A stretch of DNA of 64,000 bases from Syntrophales bacterium (GTDB lineage Bacteria; Desulfobacterota; Syntrophia; Syntrophales; CG2-30-49-12): contig JASEGZ010000005.1 of the NCBI GenBank assembly GCA_030018935.1, positions 4,988 to 68,987 of the forward strand, in the 5' to 3' direction. Below, piece by piece: positions 29,170 to 38,676 of the stretch. Under the pieces are notes generated by a model, which ran no database searches, was not told the DNA's origin, and saw only the letters and a program-made list of their open reading frames with translations. Position 1 is the stretch's first letter; every line of letters starts with the position of its first letter. Made by a program: the position numbers and the translations under genes.

Positions 29170-29446
29170 GGTGAAGTCCCTCCATCATCAGGATCTTGAG
29201 GATGGGTTCGGAGAGGTCTACATCCCCGAGTCCCTATCCCGGAAATACCCCAAGGATAGGCGGGAGACCGGCTGTCACACCCTGCGCCATAGTTTTGCCA
29301 CCCACATGCTGGAAAACGGGGTGAACATCCGCGTGCTCCAGGAACTCCTCGGCCACGCGGACGTGAAGACCACCGAGATTTACACCCATGTCATGGCCCG
29401 GGACATCCGGCAACTGCAAAGCCCGCTGGACCGCTTGCCGGGCTGA
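29168..29446 (+). pseudogene. intI: integron integrase (IntI) remnant with internal deletions
   Basis: [14 protein letters not shown]...[40 protein letters not shown]...SPLDRL matches, from memory, the ALERKYP motif and the C-terminus of IntI proteins. The segment of about 60 aa between RKYP and HTLRHSF, and the whole N-terminal half, are missing. Confidence 0.75.
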
Positions 29447-29656
29447 CCGCCGGTGCCAGGTCACACCCCGTGGCTTTCTTCTCGTTTCCGCCCTGTGTGA
29501 ACCCTCTTCTTTCATCCTTCTTTCTCCTCCCTTGGAACAGGACGTTTTTTTGTGCTATGCTGAAGGGCAGGCAGGAGGTAGGTCTTGTTTTCCGACCAGT
29601 TGGCCAATCTCTCAGCATAGTACATTTCTAAATCCTCCCATTTTTAATTACAGTAG

Positions 29657-30088
29657 TCAGGTGTTTAGCGAATTTTTTGACATCTCAAAGACAAAGTCCA
29701 CGATCTCGCACGGCGCCGAGCCCGGCTTGAATACTTTCTTTATCCCCATATCCAAAAGTTCAGGTATATCCCTCGTGGGGATGACACCCCCCATGATCAC
29801 CGGTATTTCTATCTTTTGTTCATTCAGCACTTTCACCAGATTGGAGGCGACGTAGAAATGCTCTCCCATAGAACTGCTGATGCCTATAATGTCCACATCC
29901 TCCTGTTCGGCTGCCTTAGCCAGTTCTTTCGGATCACTAAAGTAGGTATAGACAACCTCGATACCTCTATTCCTGAAACTGCTCATGACAGAGAGAAGCC
30001 CCCGGTCGTGTCCGTCCAGAGAAAAACGCGCCAACAGGGCCCTCATTTTACCCTTCCCCTTCCCCTTCCCCTTGCCCTGGTCTTTCAT
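29657..30088 (-). CDS. B12-binding small subunit of a divergent acyl-CoA mutase
   Basis: SLDGHDRG, SSSMGEH and GGVIP motifs. ATG 30088 follows gagagga. The N-terminus has a (GK)5 repeat encoded by a hexanucleotide microsatellite at 30051-30080. Confidence 0.85.
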   Translation of the reverse strand: MKDQGKGKGKGKGKMRALLARFSLDGHDRGLLSVMSSFRNRGIEVVYTYFSDPKELAKAAEQEDVDIIGISSSMGEHFYVASNLVKVLNEQKIEIPVIMGGVIPTRDIPELLDMGIKKVFKPGSAPCEIVDFVFEMSKNSLNT

Positions 30089-30098
30089 GGTTTCCTCT

Positions 30099-31796
30099 CT
30101 AAGCATATATTCTACCTCCACTGACCTCTACTATTGACTCCATCATTTCACCCAGTGTACATTTAGCCCTGGCGGCCTCTAACAAAGCAGGCATAAGGAT
30201 CCCTGCCTTTTCCACCGCATCAAAATTCACCATGGACTCCTTCACCCTCTCTAAGGAATCTTTCACCTTGCTGTTGTCCCGGTTCTTCTTCCATTTTTCC
30301 GTCCTCTTTATGATCTCTGCCTCGATCTCAGGCTGGTATCCGGTAAAAGCCGGCACTTCTTCCTCTTCTTCCACTCTGAACTTATTCAAACCCACGACGA
30401 CCCTCTCCCCGCTATCAACCTCCTGACGCCATTTTATGCTCTGTTTTTCTAAGAGCTGGCGGAGCCAGCCATTCTTTATGCACCCGAAATAGCCCCCCCG
30501 GCTTTCTATCTCACTCCTGACCTTCTCTGTTTCTTCTTCCACCTTGTCCGTGAGCCATTCTAAATAGTAAGAACCACCCAGCGGGTCAGTCACCTGGGGT
30601 ATCCCCGTTTCATGGAGGACGATCTGGTTTATCCGGATGGCCGTACGCACCGCCTCCTCGGAAGGCAGGCCGATAGCTTCATCGTAAGAATTGGTATGCA
30701 TGGACTGCACGCCACCAAGAACACAGGCCAGCACCTGGAGGGTGGAGCGGGTAATGTTATTCAAAGGCTGCTGGGATGTGAGCGAAGAACCGGCGGTATG
30801 CACATGGATCCTGTACTGGAGGGACCTCGGATCCTTGCAGCCGAACCTCTCCTTCATGATCTTTGCCCACATCCGTCTCCATGCACGGAGTTTTGCTATC
30901 TCTTCAAAGAAGTTCATCCCCAAGTGAACTTGAGAACTGAACCGGGGAACAAAATCGTCCGGCTTAAGGCCGGCCTTTATCCCCCCTTCAACCAGGTCAA
31001 TGGCCTTGGAAAGTACGATTCCCAGTTCCTGGGCCGGCGTAGCATTCATTTCCCCTAAGACATAACCGCAGAGGTTTGTGTGGTTCCACCTCTTGATAGC
31101 CTGGGAGGTATATTTTATCAACTCGATCTCCAGCTTGTACTGGGTATCAGGGACAGGAGACGGCAGATTGGTGGTCAGGCACCTGTTACCCAATCCATTC
31201 TGGCTTTGACCGTTTAACTCCCCGGGACTGTGTCCCCTGCCTTCGGCGTAGACTACATACATCGCCAGGAAGGGCAGGCAGGTGAATCTGATGTTATCGG
31301 CCACGCGGGTATTGGGGAGATCGTAGTCTTTAAGGAGGGTGTCAATATCTTCGAGGGTGGTTATATTGACACCGCCCAGACCAATCATGCCGCGCGCCCT
31401 GGGGTTATCGGGATCAAAACCGCAATGGGTAGGAGTATCCACGGCAAAGAGGACGGCCGGTTGTTCTCCGTATCCTTTCATTCCTTCCTTTACCAGGTAT
31501 TTGGTGCGTTCCCTCGTCTCCTCGCTGGTGCCGTAGCCATGGAGCAACTGGATCATCCAGGGCATATACTGATACCCCAGCGCCCTGTTCCCCCTGGTAT
31601 AGGGGAAAGCCCCGGGCGCCTCCACTTCTAAATCCTTCACATCATCCGGCGTGTAAACATACTTGAGGGGTATCCCGGATTCTGAAGTATATTGAGGAGA
31701 TTCAAACTTCAGCTTCTTTTTATAGATATCTTCTACCTCTCTCTCCCATTGCTCCAACATCTTTTTTGTCTTCTCGAGGGCTTCTTTTGTAAACAT
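30099..31796 (-). CDS. divergent methylmalonyl-CoA-mutase-family large subunit (substrate unknown)
   Basis: FPYTRG, MNFFEEIAKLRAWRRMWAKIM, HTAGSSLTSQQP, QSMHTNSYDEA and DPLGGSYY are family motifs. The RQYAGF, VRNTY and GYH regions are replaced (see findings). ATG 31796 follows aggaaagga. Confidence 0.85.
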   Translation of the reverse strand: MFTKEALEKTKKMLEQWEREVEDIYKKKLKFESPQYTSESGIPLKYVYTPDDVKDLEVEAPGAFPYTRGNRALGYQYMPWMIQLLHGYGTSEETRERTKYLVKEGMKGYGEQPAVLFAVDTPTHCGFDPDNPRARGMIGLGGVNITTLEDIDTLLKDYDLPNTRVADNIRFTCLPFLAMYVVYAEGRGHSPGELNGQSQNGLGNRCLTTNLPSPVPDTQYKLEIELIKYTSQAIKRWNHTNLCGYVLGEMNATPAQELGIVLSKAIDLVEGGIKAGLKPDDFVPRFSSQVHLGMNFFEEIAKLRAWRRMWAKIMKERFGCKDPRSLQYRIHVHTAGSSLTSQQPLNNITRSTLQVLACVLGGVQSMHTNSYDEAIGLPSEEAVRTAIRINQIVLHETGIPQVTDPLGGSYYLEWLTDKVEEETEKVRSEIESRGGYFGCIKNGWLRQLLEKQSIKWRQEVDSGERVVVGLNKFRVEEEEEVPAFTGYQPEIEAEIIKRTEKWKKNRDNSKVKDSLERVKESMVNFDAVEKAGILMPALLEAARAKCTLGEMMESIVEVSGGRIYA

Positions 31797-31933
31797 GGCA
31801 AATTTTCCTTTCCTAATCAAATAACATTAAAAGATTGATTCAATCTTAACCTGTCTCGCTTTATCCTGTTAAACATTTTATGTTATCTTTTTTTTACATT
31901 ATTACTTCAAGATGTTTTGTAACTTTTCCTACA

Positions 31934-31963
31934 ATTATAGAAACCCTTGTGCTCCCCTGTCAA
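31934..31963 (-). promoter_or_regulatory. near-consensus sigma70-type promoter for the divergent mutase operon (TTGACA-N18-TATAAT)
   Basis: On the minus strand, ttgaca is at 31963-31958 and tataat at 31939-31934, about 135 nt upstream of ATG 31796. Confidence 0.55.
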
Positions 31964-31964
31964 T

Positions 31965-32001
31965 AAAAAGGCATCACAGGCGGCGTTCTGGATGCCTTTT
32001 T
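31965..32001 (-). terminator. intrinsic terminator after the CooC-like gene (symmetric, possibly bidirectional)
   Basis: aaaaaggcatc-N15-gatgccttttt, with A and T runs on both sides. Confidence 0.6.
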
Positions 32002-32103
32002 CGGTCAATGTCAACGGTAATGCAATAGTGGACCCAAGATGGTAATGAAAAGTGTACCATCTGGATGATTAACCTGTGGTAATGTCTCCTCTCAGAGAGG
32101 AGC

Positions 32104-32850
32104 TCAGTTTTTGGTTCTAAGTCCGGCCAGTATCTGACCAACGGCACGGTCAAGTTCATCCCGCTCAATAAGGTTGAGGACCGAAGGGGAGTTTAACTGC
32201 CGATTGGCAAGAGAGGGAAGATGGGGGATAGTAGCCACAAGGGGAGGCAGGCCCTCGATTTCCGGGAGCCTGAAATCATTGGTAGCCCGATTTATAAGCA
32301 ATACCTGTCGGGTTAGTCTCATGTTCCTGGCCAGGGTGCTGATGCGGGAGGCTGTCTGGAGGCTCCTGAGGCTCGGTTCACTGACCACGATCAGACCATC
32401 CACAAACTGGATCGTACCCCGGCCCAGATGTTCCACTCCCGCTTCAAGATCAACGATAACCCATTGTCTGCGCTGGATGATCAGGTGGGCCAGAAGGGCC
32501 TTCAGCAGGGCATTGGCCGCGCAGGCACAGCCGCCACCGGCGGCGGCAATGCCACCCATAACCAGGAGGTTGAGATTCCCTGCCCGCCTTGCGAGGCGCT
32601 CCGGTAGATCTTGCACTTCCGGGTTGAGATGGATTAAACCTTCTCCCACCCGTTCCCGGATGAGTTCTTTTTCCTGGATTAAGGGCGTGGGAATTTCGCC
32701 CTCCGGCAGACCCAGGGCCTGCCCGAGGGAAAGGGCCGTGTCCGCATCTACCAGCCAGACCTCTTCCTCACAGCGGGCCAGATAATCACCCACCCAGACG
32801 GTAACGGATGTCTTTCCCACTCCGCCTTTTCCTGCCACCGCTAATTTCAT
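32104..32850 (-). CDS. CooC/MinD-family P-loop ATPase (metallocentre maturation factor-like)
   Basis: MKLAVAGKGGVGKTS deviant Walker A, and a GGGCACAANALL CxC motif as in CooC/AcsF. ATG at 32850 (ORF track starts at 32889). Confidence 0.75.
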   Translation of the reverse strand: MKLAVAGKGGVGKTSVTVWVGDYLARCEEEVWLVDADTALSLGQALGLPEGEIPTPLIQEKELIRERVGEGLIHLNPEVQDLPERLARRAGNLNLLVMGGIAAAGGGCACAANALLKALLAHLIIQRRQWVIVDLEAGVEHLGRGTIQFVDGLIVVSEPSLRSLQTASRISTLARNMRLTRQVLLINRATNDFRLPEIEGLPPLVATIPHLPSLANRQLNSPSVLNLIERDELDRAVGQILAGLRTKN

Positions 32851-32943
32851 GCCTCTTTCCTTTGATTTTGATAGAGAAACGCAGAACAACTCCCGCTATG
32901 GATGGGGGAAGGCGGGGCTTCCCGGATACGCCTCCCGTCATCC

Positions 32944-33891
32944 TTATGAATACTTTTGCGTCCTGTAGGTATATCCGTTTTTGATGTGCTCCTTTGCCTT
33001 TAAGTGTCTCATCACGTACTGGCCGCAGTTGCTGCCAATATGGTTTTCTTCAATCTCGCCGATGCTGACGATAACCTCGTAACCGGAGGCACGGAGTTCC
33101 CTCACTACCTGATTATCCTTTTCCTCCTGATAGGGGTCAATATACGAGGAAAGCCTGTTTTTCACTGCCTGATGAGTTGGATTTAGCGGGGTTATTTTAA
33201 TTAAGAATTTACCGGGATCGAAGTGTCTCAGAAGGATTCCCGGATCAACCGGCGTCTCCGCGGCGAGGGCAAAATTCAAGGTTATCTTCCTGTCATCCTT
33301 AACATAGAATTCCTCTCCATATTCAGCCAGCCTGGCAAAATTCCACTTCTTTGCCGGAACCAGGTGGTCTCTCAATCTTTCATCTGTCGTATGAATGGAA
33401 AACTGAAGCTGAAATCGTCCTCTGGAATAGCTCTTGTTCTTTATCTCTATGAGTCTGTTAAAGAATCTATCAGTACCTGTCGGAGCAATGGTAGAAATTG
33501 AGGGGATTAAGCCGGTGGCGTTGTAACGATGGGGAAGTTCCTCGAGGACATCAAGGGTATTTAAATTCAAAGAAGGCTCTCCCATCCTGGCAAACTGAAC
33601 CTTGAATTTATCTACCGGAATGCTGCCGTCGGGAAACCTCTTTTTCACTAAGAAGTCTATCTGGGCGAAGATATCTTCCCGGGATAGTTTACCCTCGTAA
33701 TAGCTTCCCGCATCGCACATGAGGCATCTCACGGGACAACCAAACAGAGTGGAGACGATCAGAACCCACTTCTTTTCTCTCGGTAGCGGTGGCTGCACAG
33801 ATTCCACAAATTCCACCAGCTTTCCCTGTCTGATCTCGGCCATATAGACCATGGCAACATCTTCTCTTCCCGTTGAGGCAAGGACTTTCAT
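32944..33891 (-). CDS. RlmN/Cfr-family radical SAM protein lacking the N-terminal domain
   Basis: GCPVRCLMCD (CxxxCxxC), RMGEPSLNLN, SIHTTDERLRDHLVPAKKWN, IKITPLNP and IGSNCGQY align by eye with RlmN motifs. ATG 33891 follows ggaggagg. Confidence 0.75.
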   Translation of the reverse strand: MKVLASTGREDVAMVYMAEIRQGKLVEFVESVQPPLPREKKWVLIVSTLFGCPVRCLMCDAGSYYEGKLSREDIFAQIDFLVKKRFPDGSIPVDKFKVQFARMGEPSLNLNTLDVLEELPHRYNATGLIPSISTIAPTGTDRFFNRLIEIKNKSYSRGRFQLQFSIHTTDERLRDHLVPAKKWNFARLAEYGEEFYVKDDRKITLNFALAAETPVDPGILLRHFDPGKFLIKITPLNPTHQAVKNRLSSYIDPYQEEKDNQVVRELRASGYEVIVSIGEIEENHIGSNCGQYVMRHLKAKEHIKNGYTYRTQKYS

Positions 33892-34024
33892 GGACACGCC
33901 TCCTCCCATCTTTAAGACGATTTCTTTCTACCAGAAAGATTGACAGAATTCAAGCCTGAAATGCCACAGAAAGGCCACAGAAAGGAAGAATAAACACCTA
34001 TTTTGAAATGGCAGGTGAACTGTG

Positions 34025-35689
34025 CTATTTGTCCTTGAAGATGGCGCCGGTACCCGCTGAGGTGACCAGTCTGGCATATCTGGCAAGGTACCCGCCTGTT
34101 ATGAGAGGGGGGCGAGGCTGGAAACTCTTTTTCCTTCTGGCCAATTCTTCTTCGCTTACCAACAAGGTGAGCTTTTTATGGGGGATGTCAATGGCAATCC
34201 TGTCACCTTCCCGGATGAGGGCGATGGGCCCGCCCTCCGCCGCCTCCGGCGATATGTGACCTATCGCTGCCCCCCTTGTCCCGCCGCTGAATCTCCCGTC
34301 CGTCAGCAGGGCCGTCCTGTCATCGAGCCTCATCCCGGCAAGGGCGGAAGTGGGGGCAAGCATCTCCCGCATCCCTGGTCCCCCTCTGGGGCCTTCGTAG
34401 CGGATTACCACGATGTCACCGGGGTGAATCTTTCCGCCAAGGATGGCGGCCATAGCCTCGTCCTCTCCGTCGAAGACGCGGGCGGGGCCCTCGTTTACCA
34501 GCATATTCTGCGCAACTGCCGACTGCTTGACCACCGCGCCATCGGGGGCGAGATTTCCCCTCAAGATAGCAATGCCTCCCTCATGACGGTATGGTGCGGC
34601 AATGGAGCGGATGACGTCATGGTTGACGACCCGGAAACCTTTCAGGTTGTCGCCCACGGTTTTGCCCGTTACGGTCAGGGAGGACAGATGGATCACGCCC
34701 AGCGGACTGATCTCTTTCATCACGCCCTGAACTCCGCCGGCCAGGTCAAGATCCTCGACATGGTGTGGCCCTGCCGGGCTGAGGCGGCAGATATTAGGGG
34801 TCTTTTCACTGATGGTATTGAACAGGTCAATGTTTAGCCTGATTCCCGCTTCATGGGCGATCGCAAGAATATGGAGGACGGTGTTGGTTGAGCAACCGAG
34901 GGCCATGTCCACCGCCATGGCGTTTTCGAAGGCCTCGAAGGTGGCGATTGCCCGCGGACGGAGATCTTTCTTAAGGAGAGCGAGGATCCTCATGCCTGTA
35001 TCTTTGGCGAGACGCCTCCGGGCGGCATGGACGGCGGGGATCGTTCCACTCCCCGGCAGGCTAAGACCGAGGGCCTCGGTGAGGCAGTTCATGGAATTTG
35101 CCGTATACATCCCCGAGCATGATCCGTATCCCGGACAGGCACAATCCTCTAATGACTTCAGCGTCTTCTGGGTCATCCGGCCGGATTTTACCGCTCCCAC
35201 CCCTTCGAAGACACTGATCAGATCAACCGCTTTCCCCTCGTAGGTACCGGCCAGCATGGGACCACCGCTGATGAATATGGAGGGGATGTTCAAGCGGAGG
35301 GCCGCCATGAGCATACCGGGGACGATCTTGTCGCAGTTGGGAATAAATACCAGGCCGTCGAAGGGATGGGCCATGGCCATTACCTCAATGGAGTCGGCGA
35401 TCAACTCCCGGCTGGCGAGGGAGTATTTCATACCCGTGTGACCCATGGCAATCCCATCGCAGACGCCAATGACGGGAAATTCAACCGGTGTTCCCCCGGC
35501 CATCCTTATCCCGGCCTTAACATCTTGTGCAATCATGTCGAGGTGGATATGGCCGGGGATGATCTCATTTGCCGCATTCACCACACCGATCAGGGGCCGG
35601 GCGAGTTCCTTGTCGGTGTATCCCATGGCCTTGAAGAGAGAGCGATGGGGGGCCCTTTCCAGGCCCTTTTTCATGATGTCACTTCTCAT
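34025..35689 (-). CDS. ilvD: dihydroxy-acid dehydratase
   Basis: [23 protein letters not shown]..., [19 protein letters not shown] and [15 protein letters not shown]. Start chosen at 35689, just after the ilvC stop. Confidence 0.95.
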   Translation of the reverse strand: MRSDIMKKGLERAPHRSLFKAMGYTDKELARPLIGVVNAANEIIPGHIHLDMIAQDVKAGIRMAGGTPVEFPVIGVCDGIAMGHTGMKYSLASRELIADSIEVMAMAHPFDGLVFIPNCDKIVPGMLMAALRLNIPSIFISGGPMLAGTYEGKAVDLISVFEGVGAVKSGRMTQKTLKSLEDCACPGYGSCSGMYTANSMNCLTEALGLSLPGSGTIPAVHAARRRLAKDTGMRILALLKKDLRPRAIATFEAFENAMAVDMALGCSTNTVLHILAIAHEAGIRLNIDLFNTISEKTPNICRLSPAGPHHVEDLDLAGGVQGVMKEISPLGVIHLSSLTVTGKTVGDNLKGFRVVNHDVIRSIAAPYRHEGGIAILRGNLAPDGAVVKQSAVAQNMLVNEGPARVFDGEDEAMAAILGGKIHPGDIVVIRYEGPRGGPGMREMLAPTSALAGMRLDDRTALLTDGRFSGGTRGAAIGHISPEAAEGGPIALIREGDRIAIDIPHKKLTLLVSEEELARRKKSFQPRPPLITGGYLARYARLVTSAGTGAIFKDK

Positions 35690-35694
35690 GTTTT

Positions 35695-36747
35695 TTATTT
35701 TTCTCTCTTTTCCGGTCTTAGGGAACGGATGGCGGCGCCTGCCTGCCACATCTCCATATTTCTCATCGCCTCCAACTCCCTTTCGAGCCGCTGCCTGTAG
35801 TCGGGGGCGCTGTTGGCCTCGAGCACGATCTGGACCTCCCTACCTGAGACAACCCTTTCATATAAGGCATCGAAAACGGGGGCAACGGCGTCCCGAAACC
35901 TGTTTTTCCAGTCGAGAGCGCCCCGCTGGGCAGTGGTGCTGCAATTGGCATACATCCAGTCCATGCCGTTTTCCGCAACAAGGCGGATCAGGCTCTGGGT
36001 CAGTTCCTCCACCGTCTCATTGAAGGCCTCACTGGGGGTATGACCATTTTTCCGGAGGAGATTATACTGAGCTTCCATGACACCGGCCAGGCAGCCCATG
36101 AGGACCCCCCGTTCTCCCGTCAGGTCACTGTATACCTCGTTCTTAAAGGTCGTAGAGAAAAGATAACCCGAACCGATAGCAATCCCGAGGGCAAGGGTCC
36201 TTTCTGTTGCCCGCCCGGTATAATCCTGAAAAACGGCATAGCTCGCATTGATGCCGCTGCCGGCAAGAAAGTTGCTGCGGACGGTGCGCCCCGACCCTTT
36301 AGGGGCCACCAGGATCACGTCTATATTTTTCGTGGGGATGACACCGGTCAGGTCTTTGTAAACAATGGAAAACCCGTGGGAAAAATAGAGGGCATTTCCT
36401 TCCTCCAGGCAGGGTTTGATCACCGGCCACATGACCTTCTGGCCTGCATCGGAGAGCAGGTACTGGATAATGGTTCCCCGCCGGGCAGCTTCTTCCGGTG
36501 AGAAGAGGGTCTCACCGGGGATGAATCCGTCCTCTACCGCCCTCTGCCAGGACGGGCCCCCCTCCCGCTGTCCGACGATAACCCGGATGCCGTTGTCTCT
36601 CATGTTCAATGCCTGTCCCGGCCCCTGGACACCGTAGCCAAGGACAGCCACCGTTTCATCCCTCAGGATATCCCGGGCCTTTGCGAGGGGAAATTCTTCG
36701 GAGGTTATCACCTCTTCCCACACACCGCCAAAGTTGATCTTTGCCAT
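35695..36747 (-). CDS. ilvC: ketol-acid reductoisomerase
   Basis: [21 protein letters not shown] and the overall KARI pattern; 350 aa. Confidence 0.95.
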   Translation of the reverse strand: MAKINFGGVWEEVITSEEFPLAKARDILRDETVAVLGYGVQGPGQALNMRDNGIRVIVGQREGGPSWQRAVEDGFIPGETLFSPEEAARRGTIIQYLLSDAGQKVMWPVIKPCLEEGNALYFSHGFSIVYKDLTGVIPTKNIDVILVAPKGSGRTVRSNFLAGSGINASYAVFQDYTGRATERTLALGIAIGSGYLFSTTFKNEVYSDLTGERGVLMGCLAGVMEAQYNLLRKNGHTPSEAFNETVEELTQSLIRLVAENGMDWMYANCSTTAQRGALDWKNRFRDAVAPVFDALYERVVSGREVQIVLEANSAPDYRQRLERELEAMRNMEMWQAGAAIRSLRPEKREK

Positions 36748-36848
36748 AATTTACCCCTTCCTGAAAATGCGAGTCACCGCTTCTTATTTTTTTAATCTTT
36801 ATCCACGCTTACCACTTCTCTTTCGGTGTGTCAAGAATACCATAGAAA

Positions 36849-38534
36849 TCAACTGAGGACCATTTCGGTCAGGGGCGCCCCCGGTTTGACCATGGGATAA
36901 ACACCTTCCTCTGGTTCAACATGAAAATCCATTACCACCACACCTGGTGTATCGAGACCCTGTCTGAGGAGGGTTTCTACCTCTTCCGGCCTTGTTGCCC
37001 GCAAACCACGGGCTCCGTAAGCTTCGGCCAGTTTTACAAAATCAGGGGCATGGGTCATGTCGGTCTGGAAGTAGCGTCTTCCATAAAATAATTCCTGCCA
37101 CTGGCGGGGCAGGCCCAGGAAATGATTGTTTAAGATAACCACTTTAACCGGCAGATGGTAATGTACTGCTGTTGCCAGTTCCTGAACGTTCATCTGTATG
37201 CTGCCGTCTCCGGCAATGTCAATGACGAGCTTATTAGGACAGGCTACCTGCGCCCCTATTGCCGCCGGCAATCCGAAACCCATCGTGCCCAGGCCACCTG
37301 AGGAAACAAAGGTCCGGGGATGATCGAAACGGTAAAATTGTGCCGTCCACATTTGATGCTGTCCCACATCGGTGGTGATGATCGCCTCTCCTCCGGTGAG
37401 CCGATACAGTTTTTCAATGACCTCCTGGGGTTTGATTTTTTCGCTCTTCTTACAGTACCCTAGAGGCGCCTCCCTTTTCCACTGCATGATCTGACGGAGC
37501 CAATCACTTATCTGTTCTTCAGGGATATTAAAATGACCATCAGTTATACGACGGTTGAGAAATTCCAGGATAGACTTACAGTCACTCACAATCGCTAGAT
37601 CGGCCCTGACGGATTTATTGATAATTGCGGGGTCAATATCAATGTGAATTATTCTGGCATGGGGAGCAAAGGCATCAACCCTGGAGGTGACACGGTCGTC
37701 AAACCGAACGCCTATAGCGATCAAAAGGTCGCAATGACTAATAGCCATGTTGGCGTAGTAGGTACCGTGCATTCCGGGCATGCCGAGCCAGAGGGGATCT
37801 GCTCCGGGGAATGCCCCGAGTCCCATCAACGTTGAGGTAACAGGTATGTTGAGGGTTTTCGCGAATAGTCTCAACGCATGTGAGGCATTGCCGCGGATTA
37901 CGCCACCTCCGGTAATAAGGAGAGGCTTCCTGGCCTTAGTGATCAGGTCGAGGATTTCCGGACACTTCTTTTCCCACGAATTGTATGTATTATCGGGGGC
38001 GCTCAGGGGATATGATAATTCCCCCCCGTTTGTAACTGACTGGATAACGTCCTTGGGTAGATCAACCAATACCGGTCCGGGACGTCCTGTGCGGGCAATA
38101 TGAAATGCCTCTTTAATGGTTGCCCCTAATTCCTCAACCCGCCTGACCAGAAAATTACGCTTCGTACATGGCATTGTAATGCCGGTGATATCAACTTCCT
38201 GAAAAGCGGTACTGCCGATCATTGTTGTCGGGACCTGTCCGGTAAAGACGACAACCGGGATGGAATCCATGCGGGCATTAGCAATACCGGTTACTGTATT
38301 GGTAGCCCCCGGCCCCGAGGTCACTAAACAAACACCAACCTTGCCGGAGACCCTCGCATACCCGTCGGCGGCATGTATAGCGCCCTGTTCGTGCCGTACC
38401 AGGATATGCTTGATGTCCTGCCTTGTCATCTCATCATAAATATCCATCACGTTACCACCTGGATAACCGAAGATGGTATCCACGTTCTCCTGTTTTAAGG
38501 TCTTAAAAAAGATTTGTGATCCTGTTAATTCCAT
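36849..38534 (-). CDS. ilvB: acetolactate synthase large subunit
   Basis: GYPGGNVMDIYDE, a TPP-binding GDGSIQMNVQELAT motif, 561 aa. Confidence 0.95.
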   Translation of the reverse strand: MELTGSQIFFKTLKQENVDTIFGYPGGNVMDIYDEMTRQDIKHILVRHEQGAIHAADGYARVSGKVGVCLVTSGPGATNTVTGIANARMDSIPVVVFTGQVPTTMIGSTAFQEVDITGITMPCTKRNFLVRRVEELGATIKEAFHIARTGRPGPVLVDLPKDVIQSVTNGGELSYPLSAPDNTYNSWEKKCPEILDLITKARKPLLITGGGVIRGNASHALRLFAKTLNIPVTSTLMGLGAFPGADPLWLGMPGMHGTYYANMAISHCDLLIAIGVRFDDRVTSRVDAFAPHARIIHIDIDPAIINKSVRADLAIVSDCKSILEFLNRRITDGHFNIPEEQISDWLRQIMQWKREAPLGYCKKSEKIKPQEVIEKLYRLTGGEAIITTDVGQHQMWTAQFYRFDHPRTFVSSGGLGTMGFGLPAAIGAQVACPNKLVIDIAGDGSIQMNVQELATAVHYHLPVKVVILNNHFLGLPRQWQELFYGRRYFQTDMTHAPDFVKLAEAYGARGLRATRPEEVETLLRQGLDTPGVVVMDFHVEPEEGVYPMVKPGAPLTEMVLS

Positions 38535-38604
38535 ACTTTCATATCCTCCCCGTTTTTCCCTGAGCGGCGGACAAGCCGGAATGAGATTCTGTCATTGAAT
38601 TTTT

Positions 38605-38641
38605 ACAACAAAAAAACCGTTACCAGGGGCTGGTAACGGTT
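38605..38641 (-). terminator. intrinsic terminator forming the ilv attenuator
   Basis: On the minus strand, ACCGUUACCAG-CCC-CUGGUAACGGU is followed by U7. It lies between the leader ORF and ilvB. Confidence 0.8.
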
Positions 38642-38676
38642 TTTAAATCCTTAAAAGGCATGTCAAACGCAAGCCA

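Noticed and set aside
28585-29188. ORFs 28585-28974 (+) and 28757-29188 (-) overlapping the PAP2 gene
   Set aside because: The 28606-29169 minus frame carries all three PAP2 motifs. The alternatives have no motifs, and one is Arg/Gly-rich shadow sequence.
31797-31933. Cobalamin riboswitch in the 5' UTRs of the B12-dependent mutase operons (also checked upstream of 15351 and of nrdD)
   Set aside because: These leaders are AT-rich with only a small hairpin. I could not find anything resembling the conserved B12-box or the GC-rich multi-stem core.
32174-32785. 203-aa Arg/Ser-rich ORF on the plus strand
   Set aside because: It is antisense to the CooC-like ATPase gene. Its composition is typical of a GC-biased shadow frame.
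33963-33984. 11-bp tandem duplicate gccacagaaag x2 upstream of the radical SAM gene
   Set aside because: There are only two copies and no symmetry or match to a known operator. It is too little evidence to call a regulatory site.
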